Positions 48,358-57,541 of a stretch of DNA of 64,000 bases are shown piece by piece (the first letter of the stretch is position 1; every line of letters starts with the position of its first letter). A model generated the notes under the pieces. That model worked only from the letters and a program-made list of their open reading frames with translations, searched no databases and was not told the DNA's origin. The DNA comes from Terriglobia bacterium (GTDB lineage Bacteria > Acidobacteriota > Terriglobia > Bryobacterales > Bryobacteraceae), in NCBI GenBank assembly GCA_025358575.1, contig JANYJA010000136.1, forward strand, positions 3,173 to 67,172, in the 5' to 3' direction. A program made the translations under genes and the position numbers.

Positions 48358-48610
48358 CGCTTGGGCTGAAGAACAAGGGTGATGGTCAATTTCTGGCGCG
48401 GCTCGCCGGAGAGATCGGAGACGTTCTGAATAATCGTGCTCTGCGGAACTGCGGGCATCCTGGGCAGGCGGAAAGCTAATTTGGACACGAGTCGATTTTA
48501 GCGCGGCACCGATATCCGGAGTCGCGGTTGCCGAACGGTGACCTGGAGGAATGAGCGCGCCATCCCGCGCCGCATTACGTTTTGCCTTGCTCGAAAGGCG
48601 GCGGTGCGAT

Positions 48611-48664
48611 CTATTAATTCTTTAGTTGACCCTCGCCCAGGGCGCGTGCTATTAATTCCTTAAG
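48611..48664 (+). promoter_or_regulatory. candidate blaI-blaR1 promoter with duplicated operator-like 10-mer
   Basis: The exact repeat CTATTAATTC occurs at 48611-48620 and 48649-48658, each followed by xTTA. TTGACC at 48626-31 is separated by 18 nt from TATTAA at 48650-55. The ATG is at 48671. Confidence 0.45.
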
Positions 48665-48670
48665 AGTTAT

Positions 48671-49048
48671 ATGGCGCGCACTAAGTCACCCTCACTCACC
48701 GAAGCCGAACTAAAGTTGATGAACGTCGTCTGGGAGCGAGGTGAGAGCACCGTCAACGATGTGCTCGATTCCCTGCCCCAAGAACCGCCGCTGGCTTACA
48801 GCACCGTTCTCACGACACTCCGAATCCTGGAGGACAAGGGCTATCTGAAACACAAGAAGGACGGGCGCGCGTTCATCTATGTCCCGCGCGTGCCCCGTGA
48901 GCAGGCTCAGCGAAGCGCGCTGCGGCTTCTCTTGAGCCGGTTCTACGGGAACTCGGCGGAACAACTCGTGCTCAACATCCTGAAAGACGAAAAGCTGAAC
49001 GCCACCGAACTGCGGCGGCTTCGGCGCATGATTGCGGAGGCGGAATAA
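48671..49048 (+). CDS. blaI: BlaI/MecI/CopY-family transcriptional repressor
   Basis: 125 aa. LTEAELKLMNVVWERGESTVNDVLDSL...YSTVLTTLRILEDKGYLKH is a winged-helix Penicillinase_R signature. Confidence 0.9.
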   Translation: MARTKSPSLTEAELKLMNVVWERGESTVNDVLDSLPQEPPLAYSTVLTTLRILEDKGYLKHKKDGRAFIYVPRVPREQAQRSALRLLLSRFYGNSAEQLVLNILKDEKLNATELRRLRRMIAEAE

Positions 49049-50565
49049 TGAAGACGCTTTTCGAAGCCTTGTTGAACGGCTGGTGGCAAGGACTCGTGTT
49101 GACGCTGCTGGTGTGGCTCGTAATGCGGGAGTCGCAGCGGATCAACGCGGCAACGCGCGCGGCGATCTGGCAGGTGACGCTATTAGTTGTGCTGCTGCTT
49201 CCCGCTCTTCAGCGAATCCCACTGAGGTTTGGGCCGGTCGAGCAAAGCCAAACCATGGCCGCACAACCCAGAGCCGTACCCGAAAGCGAGAGGCCGCAAC
49301 CGGTGATCGAAATGCAAGAGGAACATGGACCGGAGTTCCTAATGGCAGCCTCGATCGCGCTGGCGTTTCTGCAGTTGCTGCGACTCGCGTTCGGTTACTG
49401 GTTGGTGCGGCGGCTGAAACGCAATGGTCAGCCATCCAGCATCTCGATGCCCATTACGAATTCGCGCCCGACGAGACTGCTCATTTCAGAGCGCATCTCC
49501 ATGCCGATGGCCTTGGGCTATCTGCGTCCGGCAATTATGCTGCCGCGAGGGCTTGCAGAACGACTGACGCAGGAGGAGATGCATTGCGTGTTGCTGCATG
49601 AATCGTCACACCTGAGCCGCGGGGACGACTGGATGGCACTCATAGAGCGCCTCATCCGAGCGGTATTTTTCTTCCAACCCGCCATCCACTTCATCGGTAG
49701 GCAGATCGAGCGCGAGCGGGAGATGGCTTGCGACGATTGGGTGGTCGCACAATCCGGCGAACCGAAGGCATACGCAAGCGCGCTGGCGCGGCTGGCTGAG
49801 CTGGGGTCATCCGGCAGAGCCCCGATCCTTGCAACAGGAGTGGGGCGGCGCAAACAAATCTTCGCGCGATTGGAAACGCTGCTGGATCGCACGCGCAACC
49901 GGCTTCCTTCGGTGTCTGAGCCGCTAGTGATCCTAGCGGGAATCGCACTGGTTCTCGTGGTATCGCAAGGAGCGCAGTTCAATCGCCTTATCGGCCTTTC
50001 TCATTTCTCCACTACTTGGCTTGAGACCGATGGCACGAACCGGCGCGAGATGAAGATGCGTGGAGATGTAGACTTCTCTCCCGACCAGCAAGACGTCAGC
50101 CGCATGTCGCCCGGCGCAATGCTGGTGGTCGAACAGGCCGACGAATGGCGAAGGCAGCGCGTCGAGTTTGAGGCCGACGATGAGGGCATCATCCAGCGGC
50201 GTTATTTTTCCGACGCCATGCAGCGTCCATTCGGTGTCGAAGGGCGACGCTTCGCGGCGGTGGTTCTGCCGCAGTGGGCGCGCGAGCAGGGGCACGACAT
50301 CCCAGCGCGGATTGCGCGCGCGATTCAACAGAAAGGCGTGGATGGGACGCTGGATGACATCCGCAAAATTCGCAGCACGGAAGTGAGGACAGCGAATTTA
50401 GAAGAGCTGTTCACGCAAGCGGAGCTGGACGCCGGTCAGTTGCAAAGGGTGCAGAAGATCGTTCGCCAGATGGATTCGGAGGAGGCGAAGACTGCGATTA
50501 TGCAACGAGTTCGCGCGCGCCTGCTTAAGATTGGCGGCAAAGAAATAGCAGCAGATCCAGACTGA
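49048..50565 (+). CDS. BlaR1-like M56 metallopeptidase signal transducer
   Basis: 505 aa. N-terminal TMs and an HExxH site (LLHESSHLSRGD). About 230 aa of C-terminal domain with no recognised motif. The start overlaps the blaI stop (TAATG). Confidence 0.85.
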   Translation: MKTLFEALLNGWWQGLVLTLLVWLVMRESQRINAATRAAIWQVTLLVVLLLPALQRIPLRFGPVEQSQTMAAQPRAVPESERPQPVIEMQEEHGPEFLMAASIALAFLQLLRLAFGYWLVRRLKRNGQPSSISMPITNSRPTRLLISERISMPMALGYLRPAIMLPRGLAERLTQEEMHCVLLHESSHLSRGDDWMALIERLIRAVFFFQPAIHFIGRQIEREREMACDDWVVAQSGEPKAYASALARLAELGSSGRAPILATGVGRRKQIFARLETLLDRTRNRLPSVSEPLVILAGIALVLVVSQGAQFNRLIGLSHFSTTWLETDGTNRREMKMRGDVDFSPDQQDVSRMSPGAMLVVEQADEWRRQRVEFEADDEGIIQRRYFSDAMQRPFGVEGRRFAAVVLPQWAREQGHDIPARIARAIQQKGVDGTLDDIRKIRSTEVRTANLEELFTQAELDAGQLQRVQKIVRQMDSEEAKTAIMQRVRARLLKIGGKEIAADPD

Positions 50566-51289
50566 ACGTCACGCGCATCGCTTCGAGGGGCTGAGAGCGC
50601 AGGGGCCGGTAGATTGAAAGCAGGACATCGCGAACCGCGTCGGCCTCTAGATCGGCGGTTGTGGTGACGCGGCGTTGGTTGACGAGCCGGAAATCCTGGG
50701 CGAAGGTTTGAACGGTTCGAGCTACGCGATCACGGCCGGCACCGCGCAGTTCGATGAGATCGTCGGGCGCGGCAAGGGCGACCAGCAGGCGTCCATCGTC
50801 ACGAAGGACCCGCCGGAACTCCTTCGAGTTCATGCGAGCGGTGATCGAGAGCACGAGCGTGAAGGACCGGTTTGCATAGGGGACAAAGCGATCGGCATTG
50901 GCGACGACCCACTCGCATTCGGGGTAGCGGCGTGCCGCGGCATCAATCGCGGGAATGGAGATGTCGGTGCCATGGGCGTCAAAGCCCAACTCGCCCGCGC
51001 GCGTGCCGAGGTAGAAGCCGTCGCCGCAGCCGACATCTAGAACGATGTCGTCAGAGTTGAAGTCGATTACCTTCAGCAGTGGTGCGGTTACCGCGCGATC
51101 GTGCAGGCGCCGTCGGGCTGCGACCGCTTCGGCGGTATCGCCGGGGTCTTTGGAGCGCCGATCTTGCGGCTGTAGCAGGTTGATATATCCGCTGCGAGCG
51201 ACATCGAACGAGTGGCCGCTCGGGCATTTGAAGGTGTGCTCGTCGCGAGTTAGTGGCATGTGGCAGCCGCGAACGGTGCAGAGGAGCAT
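50525..51289 (-). CDS. rlmA: 23S rRNA (guanine-N1)-methyltransferase RlmA-like
   Basis: 254 aa. Zn-finger-like CTVRGCH...[18 protein letters not shown] followed by the SAM motif [11 protein letters not shown]. Confidence 0.75.
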   Translation of the reverse strand: MLLCTVRGCHMPLTRDEHTFKCPSGHSFDVARSGYINLLQPQDRRSKDPGDTAEAVAARRRLHDRAVTAPLLKVIDFNSDDIVLDVGCGDGFYLGTRAGELGFDAHGTDISIPAIDAAARRYPECEWVVANADRFVPYANRSFTLVLSITARMNSKEFRRVLRDDGRLLVALAAPDDLIELRGAGRDRVARTVQTFAQDFRLVNQRRVTTTADLEADAVRDVLLSIYRPLRSQPLEAMRVTFSLDLLLFLCRQS

Positions 51290-51324
51290 GGTCGAGTGTA
51301 ACCGTATTTGATACGCTCAATGAC

Positions 51325-52374
51325 ATGGTCAAGTTCGCCATTTTCTTTGTCGCGCTGACGGCCTTCGGCGCCGGTCCCCACTGGAGCGAGAAGGCGGCGG
51401 CCGAGTATCTCGATGGGCGCGCTTCGTGGTGGATGAACTGGCCGAGTGCCGCACGCGATCACCAGACATTCTGCATATCCTGTCACACCGCGGTTCCTTA
51501 CGCGATGGCGCGGCCGACGCTGCGAACTGCGTTGGGTGAGCAGACGGTATCGGCTCCAGAACGCAAGCTGCTCGACAACGTGATCAAGCGAGTTCGCATC
51601 TGGAATGAAACGGAACCTTTCTATCCGGACGCGACGCGCGGGGTGCCGAAGACGGCGGAGTCGCGTGGGACGGAGTCGATTCTAAACGCACTGATTCTGA
51701 CTTCGGTTGATTCGCATAGTGCCGATGCGAAGCTGGCGCTGGACAATATGTGGGGCCAGCAGTTGCCATCCGGGGCGTGGGACTGGCTGCAGTTCCACAA
51801 CTCGCCGTGGGAAGGCGACTCGCAATATTATGGCGCGACGCTCGCTGCGATTGCCGGCGGGAGAGAACAGTCTCGGCCTGAACTTCACGATCGGATGAAT
51901 CGCCTGCGCGAGTATCTGCGACGTAATCGTGATTTGCAGACTCTGCTGGATCGGGTGGTGCTCTTATGGGCTTCGGCGAAGGTTTCGGGACTGTTGACGT
52001 CGGACGAGCAGAAGTCAATCGCGGAGGAAGCATTGGGCAAGCAGCAGTTAGACAGCGGCTTCAGTTTGTCCGCGTTCGTGGGTGGGTGGAAGCGGCATGA
52101 CGGCACGGCGTTGGAGTCAAAGAGCGACGGGTATGCGACGGGGCTGGTTACTTACTCGCTGCGGCAGCTGGTGACCTATCGCGATCAACCACAGGTGAAA
52201 CGGGCATTGGACTGGCTGGACCAGAATCAGGACAGAACCGAAGGGCGCTGGCTGGCCTATTCGCTGAATAAGCAACGCGATCTTTCGACTGATATCGGGA
52301 AGTTTATGAGCGACGCGGCCACGGCTTATGCGGTGATGGCCTTAGACCCACACACGGTCAAGTCGGCAAGGTGA
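51325..52374 (+). CDS. secreted protein with one CXXCH motif and prenyltransferase/squalene-cyclase-like repeats
   Basis: ATG 51325 ([17 protein letters not shown]). CISCH at 51472-51486. Later repeats such as [18 protein letters not shown] and ALDWLDQNQ...GRW. Confidence 0.45.
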   Translation: MVKFAIFFVALTAFGAGPHWSEKAAAEYLDGRASWWMNWPSAARDHQTFCISCHTAVPYAMARPTLRTALGEQTVSAPERKLLDNVIKRVRIWNETEPFYPDATRGVPKTAESRGTESILNALILTSVDSHSADAKLALDNMWGQQLPSGAWDWLQFHNSPWEGDSQYYGATLAAIAGGREQSRPELHDRMNRLREYLRRNRDLQTLLDRVVLLWASAKVSGLLTSDEQKSIAEEALGKQQLDSGFSLSAFVGGWKRHDGTALESKSDGYATGLVTYSLRQLVTYRDQPQVKRALDWLDQNQDRTEGRWLAYSLNKQRDLSTDIGKFMSDAATAYAVMALDPHTVKSAR

Positions 52375-52406
52375 CGAATCCGGATGATGTTCCGGCAGCC
52401 TGAACG

Positions 52407-52826
52407 CTACCCCAACTCCGCTTTGCTGAAAAAATACCCCAACTCCTGCGCCGCCGTTTCCAGGGCGTCCGACCCGTGAATACAATTTCGCTCGATGCTC
52501 TTCGCGAACAGCTTCCGCACCGTTCCCTCCGCCGCGTTCGCGGGATTGGTCGCGCCCATCACTTCGCGCAACTTCGTCACCGCGTCTTCACGCTCCAGCG
52601 CCATAACAATCACCGGACCCTCCGTCATGAACTTCACCAAGCTGCCATAAAACGGCCGCTCCTTGTGAACTTCATAGAAGCCTTCGGCCTGCTTCTGCGT
52701 GAGCTGCAGCATCTTCAGTCCTAAAATCTTGAATCCGGATTTCTCCAGCAGCGCCAGAATCGCGCCCGCCTGCCCGGCTGCCACGGCGTCTGGTTTAATA
52801 ATCGAAAAAGTGCGTTGAGTACTCAT
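52407..52826 (-). CDS. ndk: nucleoside-diphosphate kinase
   Basis: 139 aa from ATG 52826 (overlaps the sucD TGA). [10 protein letters not shown] ... NCIHGSD active-site His. Confidence 0.95.
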   Translation of the reverse strand: MSTQRTFSIIKPDAVAAGQAGAILALLEKSGFKILGLKMLQLTQKQAEGFYEVHKERPFYGSLVKFMTEGPVIVMALEREDAVTKLREVMGATNPANAAEGTVRKLFAKSIERNCIHGSDALETAAQELGYFFSKAELG

Positions 52827-53698
52827 AGAGATTGCATTCGTTTTTGAATACTGATGCCGATATCCGCCGGCGACAGGCACATCGTGATCCCGGCTGCTTC
52901 CATTGCCGCGATCTTTTCCGGAGCGCCGCCCGAGCCGCCCGAAATAATAGCGCCCGCGTGACCCATTCGACGCCCTGGAGGCGCCGTCTGCCCCGCAATA
53001 AATCCCACGACCGGCTTCGAAACATGGGCCTTCACATAGGCCGCCGCCGTCTCTTCCGCGTTGCCGCCGATTTCGCCAATCATCACGATCGCATGGGTGT
53101 CCGGATCTTCATTAAACATACGGATTGAATCCACAAAGCTGGTCCCGATGACCGGGTCGCCGCCAATCCCGATGCATGTAGACTGACCAATACCCAACTT
53201 AGTAAGTTGACCGACCGCTTCGTAAGTCAAAGTGCCCGACCGCGATACCACGCCAACATGACCCTGCTTATGGATATGTCCGGGCATGATGCCGACCTTG
53301 CACTTACCCGGCGAAATCACTCCCGGGCAATTCGGCCCAACCAGACGCGTCGGCTTGCCCTGCAGAAATTCCCAGGCCTTCACCATATCGAACGCCGGAA
53401 TGCCTTCGGTGATACAAATCACCAGTGGTATTCCCGCATCGGTGGCTTCCATGATCGCGTCGGCGGCGAACGGCGGCGGCACGAAAATCACGGAGGCGTT
53501 CGCCCCCGTCGCCGCAACTGCCTGCGCGACGGTGTCAAATACAGGAAGGTCAAGATGCCGCGCTCCGCCCTTGCCAGGAGTGACTCCGCCCACCACGATT
53601 GTTCCGTAATCAATCGCGCCCTGCGCGTGAAAAGTGCCTTCTTTGCCGGTGAATCCCTGAACCATGAGGCGCGTGCCGCGATCGACGAGTACGCTCAT
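52823..53698 (-). CDS. sucD: succinate--CoA ligase subunit alpha
   Basis: 291 aa from ATG 53698. [33 protein letters not shown] (phospho-His loop). Confidence 0.95.
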   Translation of the reverse strand: MSVLVDRGTRLMVQGFTGKEGTFHAQGAIDYGTIVVGGVTPGKGGARHLDLPVFDTVAQAVAATGANASVIFVPPPFAADAIMEATDAGIPLVICITEGIPAFDMVKAWEFLQGKPTRLVGPNCPGVISPGKCKVGIMPGHIHKQGHVGVVSRSGTLTYEAVGQLTKLGIGQSTCIGIGGDPVIGTSFVDSIRMFNEDPDTHAIVMIGEIGGNAEETAAAYVKAHVSKPVVGFIAGQTAPPGRRMGHAGAIISGGSGGAPEKIAAMEAAGITMCLSPADIGISIQKRMQSL

Positions 53699-53699
53699 G

Positions 53700-54869
53700 T
53701 TAAACGTTCGCTCCCGCTGCGAGGCGGACAACCTTATCGGCACCGTCCCGCATGTCCGCGGCAACCGTAAAATCGAATCCCGATTCTTCCAGAATGCGAC
53801 GGCCCGCCTCCACGTTGGTACCTTCCATGCGAATTACGATCGGCACTGTAATGTTCAAATCGCGAGCGGCACCCACCACTCCGCTCGCCAGCGTGTCGCA
53901 GCGCAGAATGCCGCCGAAGATATTGATAAACACCGCCTTCACACTCGAATCCGACAACAGAATCCGAAATGCGTTCTTCACTTGCTCCGCATTCGCGCCG
54001 CCGCCCACATCCAGAAAATTCGCCGGACTGCCGCCGGCGTATTTAATAATGTCCATAGTGCCCATGGCGAGGCCCGCCCCGTTCACCATGCAGCCGACCG
54101 TGCCATCCAGCTTGATGTAATTCAGCCCGAATTTTGAAGCTTCTACTTCCAGCGGATCTTCTTCGTTCAAGTCCCGCAGCTCCAGCAAATCTTTATGCCG
54201 GAACATCGCATTGTCGTCGAAATTGATTTTGGCATCGAGAGCGTAGACGTTGCCATCTTTGGTGGTGATGAACGGATTGATTTCGGCCAGCGTCGCGTCG
54301 GTGGCTTCGCACGCATGGACTAGCGCCATCATCGCCGCCACGGCTTTGTTGACGCTCGCGGCAGGTATCCCGATACCGAAAGCCAGCTTGCGCCCCTGAT
54401 ATGGACTCAAGCCGTAACCGGGGATCAGTTCCTCTTTCAGGATGGCGTCGGGCGTGTGCGCCGCGACCTCCTCAATTTCCATCCCGCCAGCCGCCGACGC
54501 CATGAAAATCATCTTGCCCGACACGCGATCGAGAACGATACCCAAATAAAGTTCTTTATCAATCGGAAGCGTCTCTTCCACAAGCAACCGGCGGACCAGC
54601 CTGCCTTCAGGCCCAGTCTGGTGCGTCACCAGGGTCATTCCCAGAATATTTTCGGCAATCAGGGCGGCTTCGTCGGAGTTTCTTGCGATCTTGACGCCGC
54701 CACCTTTGCCGCGTCCGCCCGCGTGAATCTGGGCTTTGACCACCACGCTGCCGCCCAGCTTTTTCGCCACCGCTTCGGCCTCGCCAACGGTGAACGCCAC
54801 CTCGCCGCGAGGCACGGGGACGTTATATTTGGCCAATATCGTCTTGGCCTGATACTCGTGAATTTTCAT
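53700..54869 (-). CDS. sucC: succinate--CoA ligase (ADP-forming) subunit beta
   Basis: 389 aa. [23 protein letters not shown]-grasp, GGIVRCD-like region. Confidence 0.95.
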   Translation of the reverse strand: MKIHEYQAKTILAKYNVPVPRGEVAFTVGEAEAVAKKLGGSVVVKAQIHAGGRGKGGGVKIARNSDEAALIAENILGMTLVTHQTGPEGRLVRRLLVEETLPIDKELYLGIVLDRVSGKMIFMASAAGGMEIEEVAAHTPDAILKEELIPGYGLSPYQGRKLAFGIGIPAASVNKAVAAMMALVHACEATDATLAEINPFITTKDGNVYALDAKINFDDNAMFRHKDLLELRDLNEEDPLEVEASKFGLNYIKLDGTVGCMVNGAGLAMGTMDIIKYAGGSPANFLDVGGGANAEQVKNAFRILLSDSSVKAVFINIFGGILRCDTLASGVVGAARDLNITVPIVIRMEGTNVEAGRRILEESGFDFTVAADMRDGADKVVRLAAGANV

Positions 54870-54959
54870 GGAGTTCCGCTTGTGTTACTATGTCGGAATT
54901 CATCAATATAACATGCGTTTTGCCGAGCCGCGCCCGTAAGGAAGCGGTACGCACATCCC

Positions 54960-55988
54960 ATGCCGCCAACCATCCTGCCGTTCTTGCACCAAGTGGTCGA
55001 AGGCCGAAGCTTGTCCGCCGAGGACGCCGATCGTGTGATGGAAGTCATCCTCCAAGGCCATGCCGAGCAAGCGCAGATCGCCGGACTTCTGGTGGCGCTG
55101 CGGATGAAAGGCGAAACGGTGGATGAGGTTGCCGGATTCGCGCGTGCCATGCGGCGTGTCGCCGAACCGCTCAACGTCAAGGGCCCTCTTCTCGATACCT
55201 GCGGCACTGGCGGCGATGGCCGGGCGACATTTAATATTTCAACTGTCGCGGCCTTCATCGTCGCGGGGGCGGGAGTGCGCGTCGCCAAGCACGACAATCG
55301 TTCCATATCGAGCCAGTGCGGGAGCGCGGATGTTCTGGAGGCGCTCGGAGTCGACGTCACGGGCGGAGCTCAATACGCCGCGGCAGCCATCGAGCGGGTC
55401 GGCATCGGCTTTTTATTTGCGCCCGCCTTTCATGGAGCCATGAAGCACGTTCAGCCAGTCCGCCGAGCGCTGCAAATGCGTTCTGTGTTCAACATGCTCG
55501 GGCCGCTCACCAACCCCGCCGGAGCCACCGCCCAGCTTGCGGGTGCCTGGTCTGAACATGCCGCCGAGTTGATAGCCGGCGCGCTGAGTCGGTTAGGACT
55601 TACTCGCGCTTTTGTCGTCTACGGTCACGACGGTCTCGACGAAATCACTACCACCGACAGCACCACTATTTTTGAGGTGAAGGACGCGAAAGTTACACGA
55701 CGAGTGCTTGTCCCCGAAGATTTCGGCGTGCCCCGCGCAGACAGCACTACTCTCGCCGGTGGCGATGTTCCGCGCAATGCCGAAATCGCGCGCGGTGTGT
55801 TGAATGGAGTGAAGGGTGCCGCTCGCGATATTGCTTTGGTCAATGCGGCGCTTGCGCTCATCGCCGCCGGTCGCACTCAAGCGACTCAGGAGGCGATGGC
55901 CATGGCCCGCGAGTCGATTGATTCAGGCGCTGCGTGGGCCAAGCTGGAACAACTCGCGGCCTTCAGGCCTGCGCCGCAAAGCGCTTAA
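54960..55988 (+). CDS. trpD: anthranilate phosphoribosyltransferase
   Basis: 342 aa. DTCGTGGDGRATFNIST, KHDNRSISSQCGSADVLEALG. Confidence 0.95.
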   Translation: MPPTILPFLHQVVEGRSLSAEDADRVMEVILQGHAEQAQIAGLLVALRMKGETVDEVAGFARAMRRVAEPLNVKGPLLDTCGTGGDGRATFNISTVAAFIVAGAGVRVAKHDNRSISSQCGSADVLEALGVDVTGGAQYAAAAIERVGIGFLFAPAFHGAMKHVQPVRRALQMRSVFNMLGPLTNPAGATAQLAGAWSEHAAELIAGALSRLGLTRAFVVYGHDGLDEITTTDSTTIFEVKDAKVTRRVLVPEDFGVPRADSTTLAGGDVPRNAEIARGVLNGVKGAARDIALVNAALALIAAGRTQATQEAMAMARESIDSGAAWAKLEQLAAFRPAPQSA

Positions 55989-56325
55989 CGATTTCGGGGA
56001 GGTCGCGATCGAAAGCCGAACGCGCCATCACCGTATCGCAACCGGCTTCCACGGCCTTCTGCTTGAGTCCGGTTTGCACATGCGACAAGTAACCAATGAG
56101 CGGCACGCGTGAGGTTTGCGGGTCGGCTTTTAACTGCGCAATTAACTGCAAAGGCTCAGACACGGCATCGTTGAGATCGAAAACAATCAGCCCAGGCATT
56201 TCCTTCGCCGCCGCCATGACCCCGCGGCCCTTCACATATTCAAGTGTGACCCCGGCTTGCTTGGCGGCCGCGCTGATCTTCACGGCGAAAAAAAGATCGT
56301 TGACCACTGCGACTATCCGTGCCAT
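55963..56325 (-). CDS. stand-alone receiver-domain (CheY-like) protein
   Basis: 120 aa, alpha/beta receiver-like pattern. Candidate phospho-acceptor in LIVFDLN. The N-terminal acidic pair is degenerate (VVND). Its 3' end overlaps the trpD 3' end by 26 nt. Confidence 0.6.
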   Translation of the reverse strand: MARIVAVVNDLFFAVKISAAAKQAGVTLEYVKGRGVMAAAKEMPGLIVFDLNDAVSEPLQLIAQLKADPQTSRVPLIGYLSHVQTGLKQKAVEAGCDTVMARSAFDRDLPEIVKRFAAQA

Positions 56326-56406
56326 ATTGCAGCCTCAAGTGTAGCCAATCTCTTGACAAACCTTTCCGCATCTTTCAAACTCGCTGATTCAACGGAGAAC
56401 AGCCCC

Positions 56407-57510
56407 ATGTTGGTTTGGCGCCGCATTTTAAGAAGTCTTGGAGTGGTCCTCAATCTGAGAGACCCACCCAATGTCCCGCCCTATGGATGGTCGTATCTCG
56501 ACCATATTGCCGCCGTCTATCTTAATTTGAACAGCCCCGATTCGCGCGCCGACGCGGTGATTCGCAAGTCGCGAGACACGCCCGACGATCTTACCTGGGG
56601 CGATATCTTCCTGCTCGAGAGCATTGTCTTTTCGCTCCAGCCGCTGGATTCCATCTGCCGCTCCGGGTGGAGTCTTCGCGAACGCTTCCGCGAAATTGCG
56701 GGCCCTTCCATCTACGCCAAATATCAAAGCTCCGGCATTCCCACCGAGACGGATACCCCCGCCAAGATTTCTCTCCTGAAAGCCGATCTCACCCGCGTTT
56801 TAGACGCGCTCCACTGGTGTTACGCACTCATCCCGGTGCGCGAGCGCATGCGCACGAACCTCACCAAGAGTTGCGTTTTTATGGTGTGCATTTACACTAT
56901 TCTTCTAGCCGCAATTCTTGTATGGTGCGCCAATCATGGAACCGATTTTCTCGCGATGGTCACTGGCATTGTGTATGCCGGAGTTATCGGCGGATTTGTC
57001 AGTTCCCAGCGGCGCATGCAAAGCATCCCATCCGATGGCGATCCATTGGTGAGTGTGTTCGGCTTAGACAACGCCGCTTATTACCTCTGGCTGTCTCCTT
57101 TGCTCGGCGCGATCTTTGCCGTTACTTTGTGGCTCTTATTCGTCGGCGGGATATTGACGGGAACTGTTTTTCCAAATTTCGTACATAGTTCGAATGACTG
57201 CGGGCTTCGGTTCTTCCATTTCACCTGGAATACCCTGCCAAAATCTTCCGAGGATTATGCCAAGCTGATCATTTGGTCGTTTCTCGCTGGTTTTGCGGAA
57301 CGGCTGGTTCCAGACAGTCTCGACCGTCTGACTGCGCGAGTAACCGGGAATCAAGCCGACAAGACTAATATCAATGTGCCCGGCAGTCCGGCTCCAAATT
57401 CCCCGCCCCCCTCGCCGCCGCCCAGCCCGAAGGCGGACCAGCACATCGATCCGGAGGTTGTCCAGGCGGTGATTCACTCTGGAGAAGTTCCGCCTCATCC
57501 GAAATCGTAG
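56407..57510 (+). CDS. integral membrane protein of unknown function with Pro/Ser-rich tail
   Basis: ATG 56407. A soluble N-terminal region of about 160 aa, then about 4 TM helices, then the tail PGSPAPNSPPPSPPPSPK. Lower GC than the flanks. Confidence 0.5.
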   Translation: MLVWRRILRSLGVVLNLRDPPNVPPYGWSYLDHIAAVYLNLNSPDSRADAVIRKSRDTPDDLTWGDIFLLESIVFSLQPLDSICRSGWSLRERFREIAGPSIYAKYQSSGIPTETDTPAKISLLKADLTRVLDALHWCYALIPVRERMRTNLTKSCVFMVCIYTILLAAILVWCANHGTDFLAMVTGIVYAGVIGGFVSSQRRMQSIPSDGDPLVSVFGLDNAAYYLWLSPLLGAIFAVTLWLLFVGGILTGTVFPNFVHSSNDCGLRFFHFTWNTLPKSSEDYAKLIIWSFLAGFAERLVPDSLDRLTARVTGNQADKTNINVPGSPAPNSPPPSPPPSPKADQHIDPEVVQAVIHSGEVPPHPKS

Positions 57511-57541
57511 TGCGTTCGGCCCCCCATGATAGCTTGGATGG

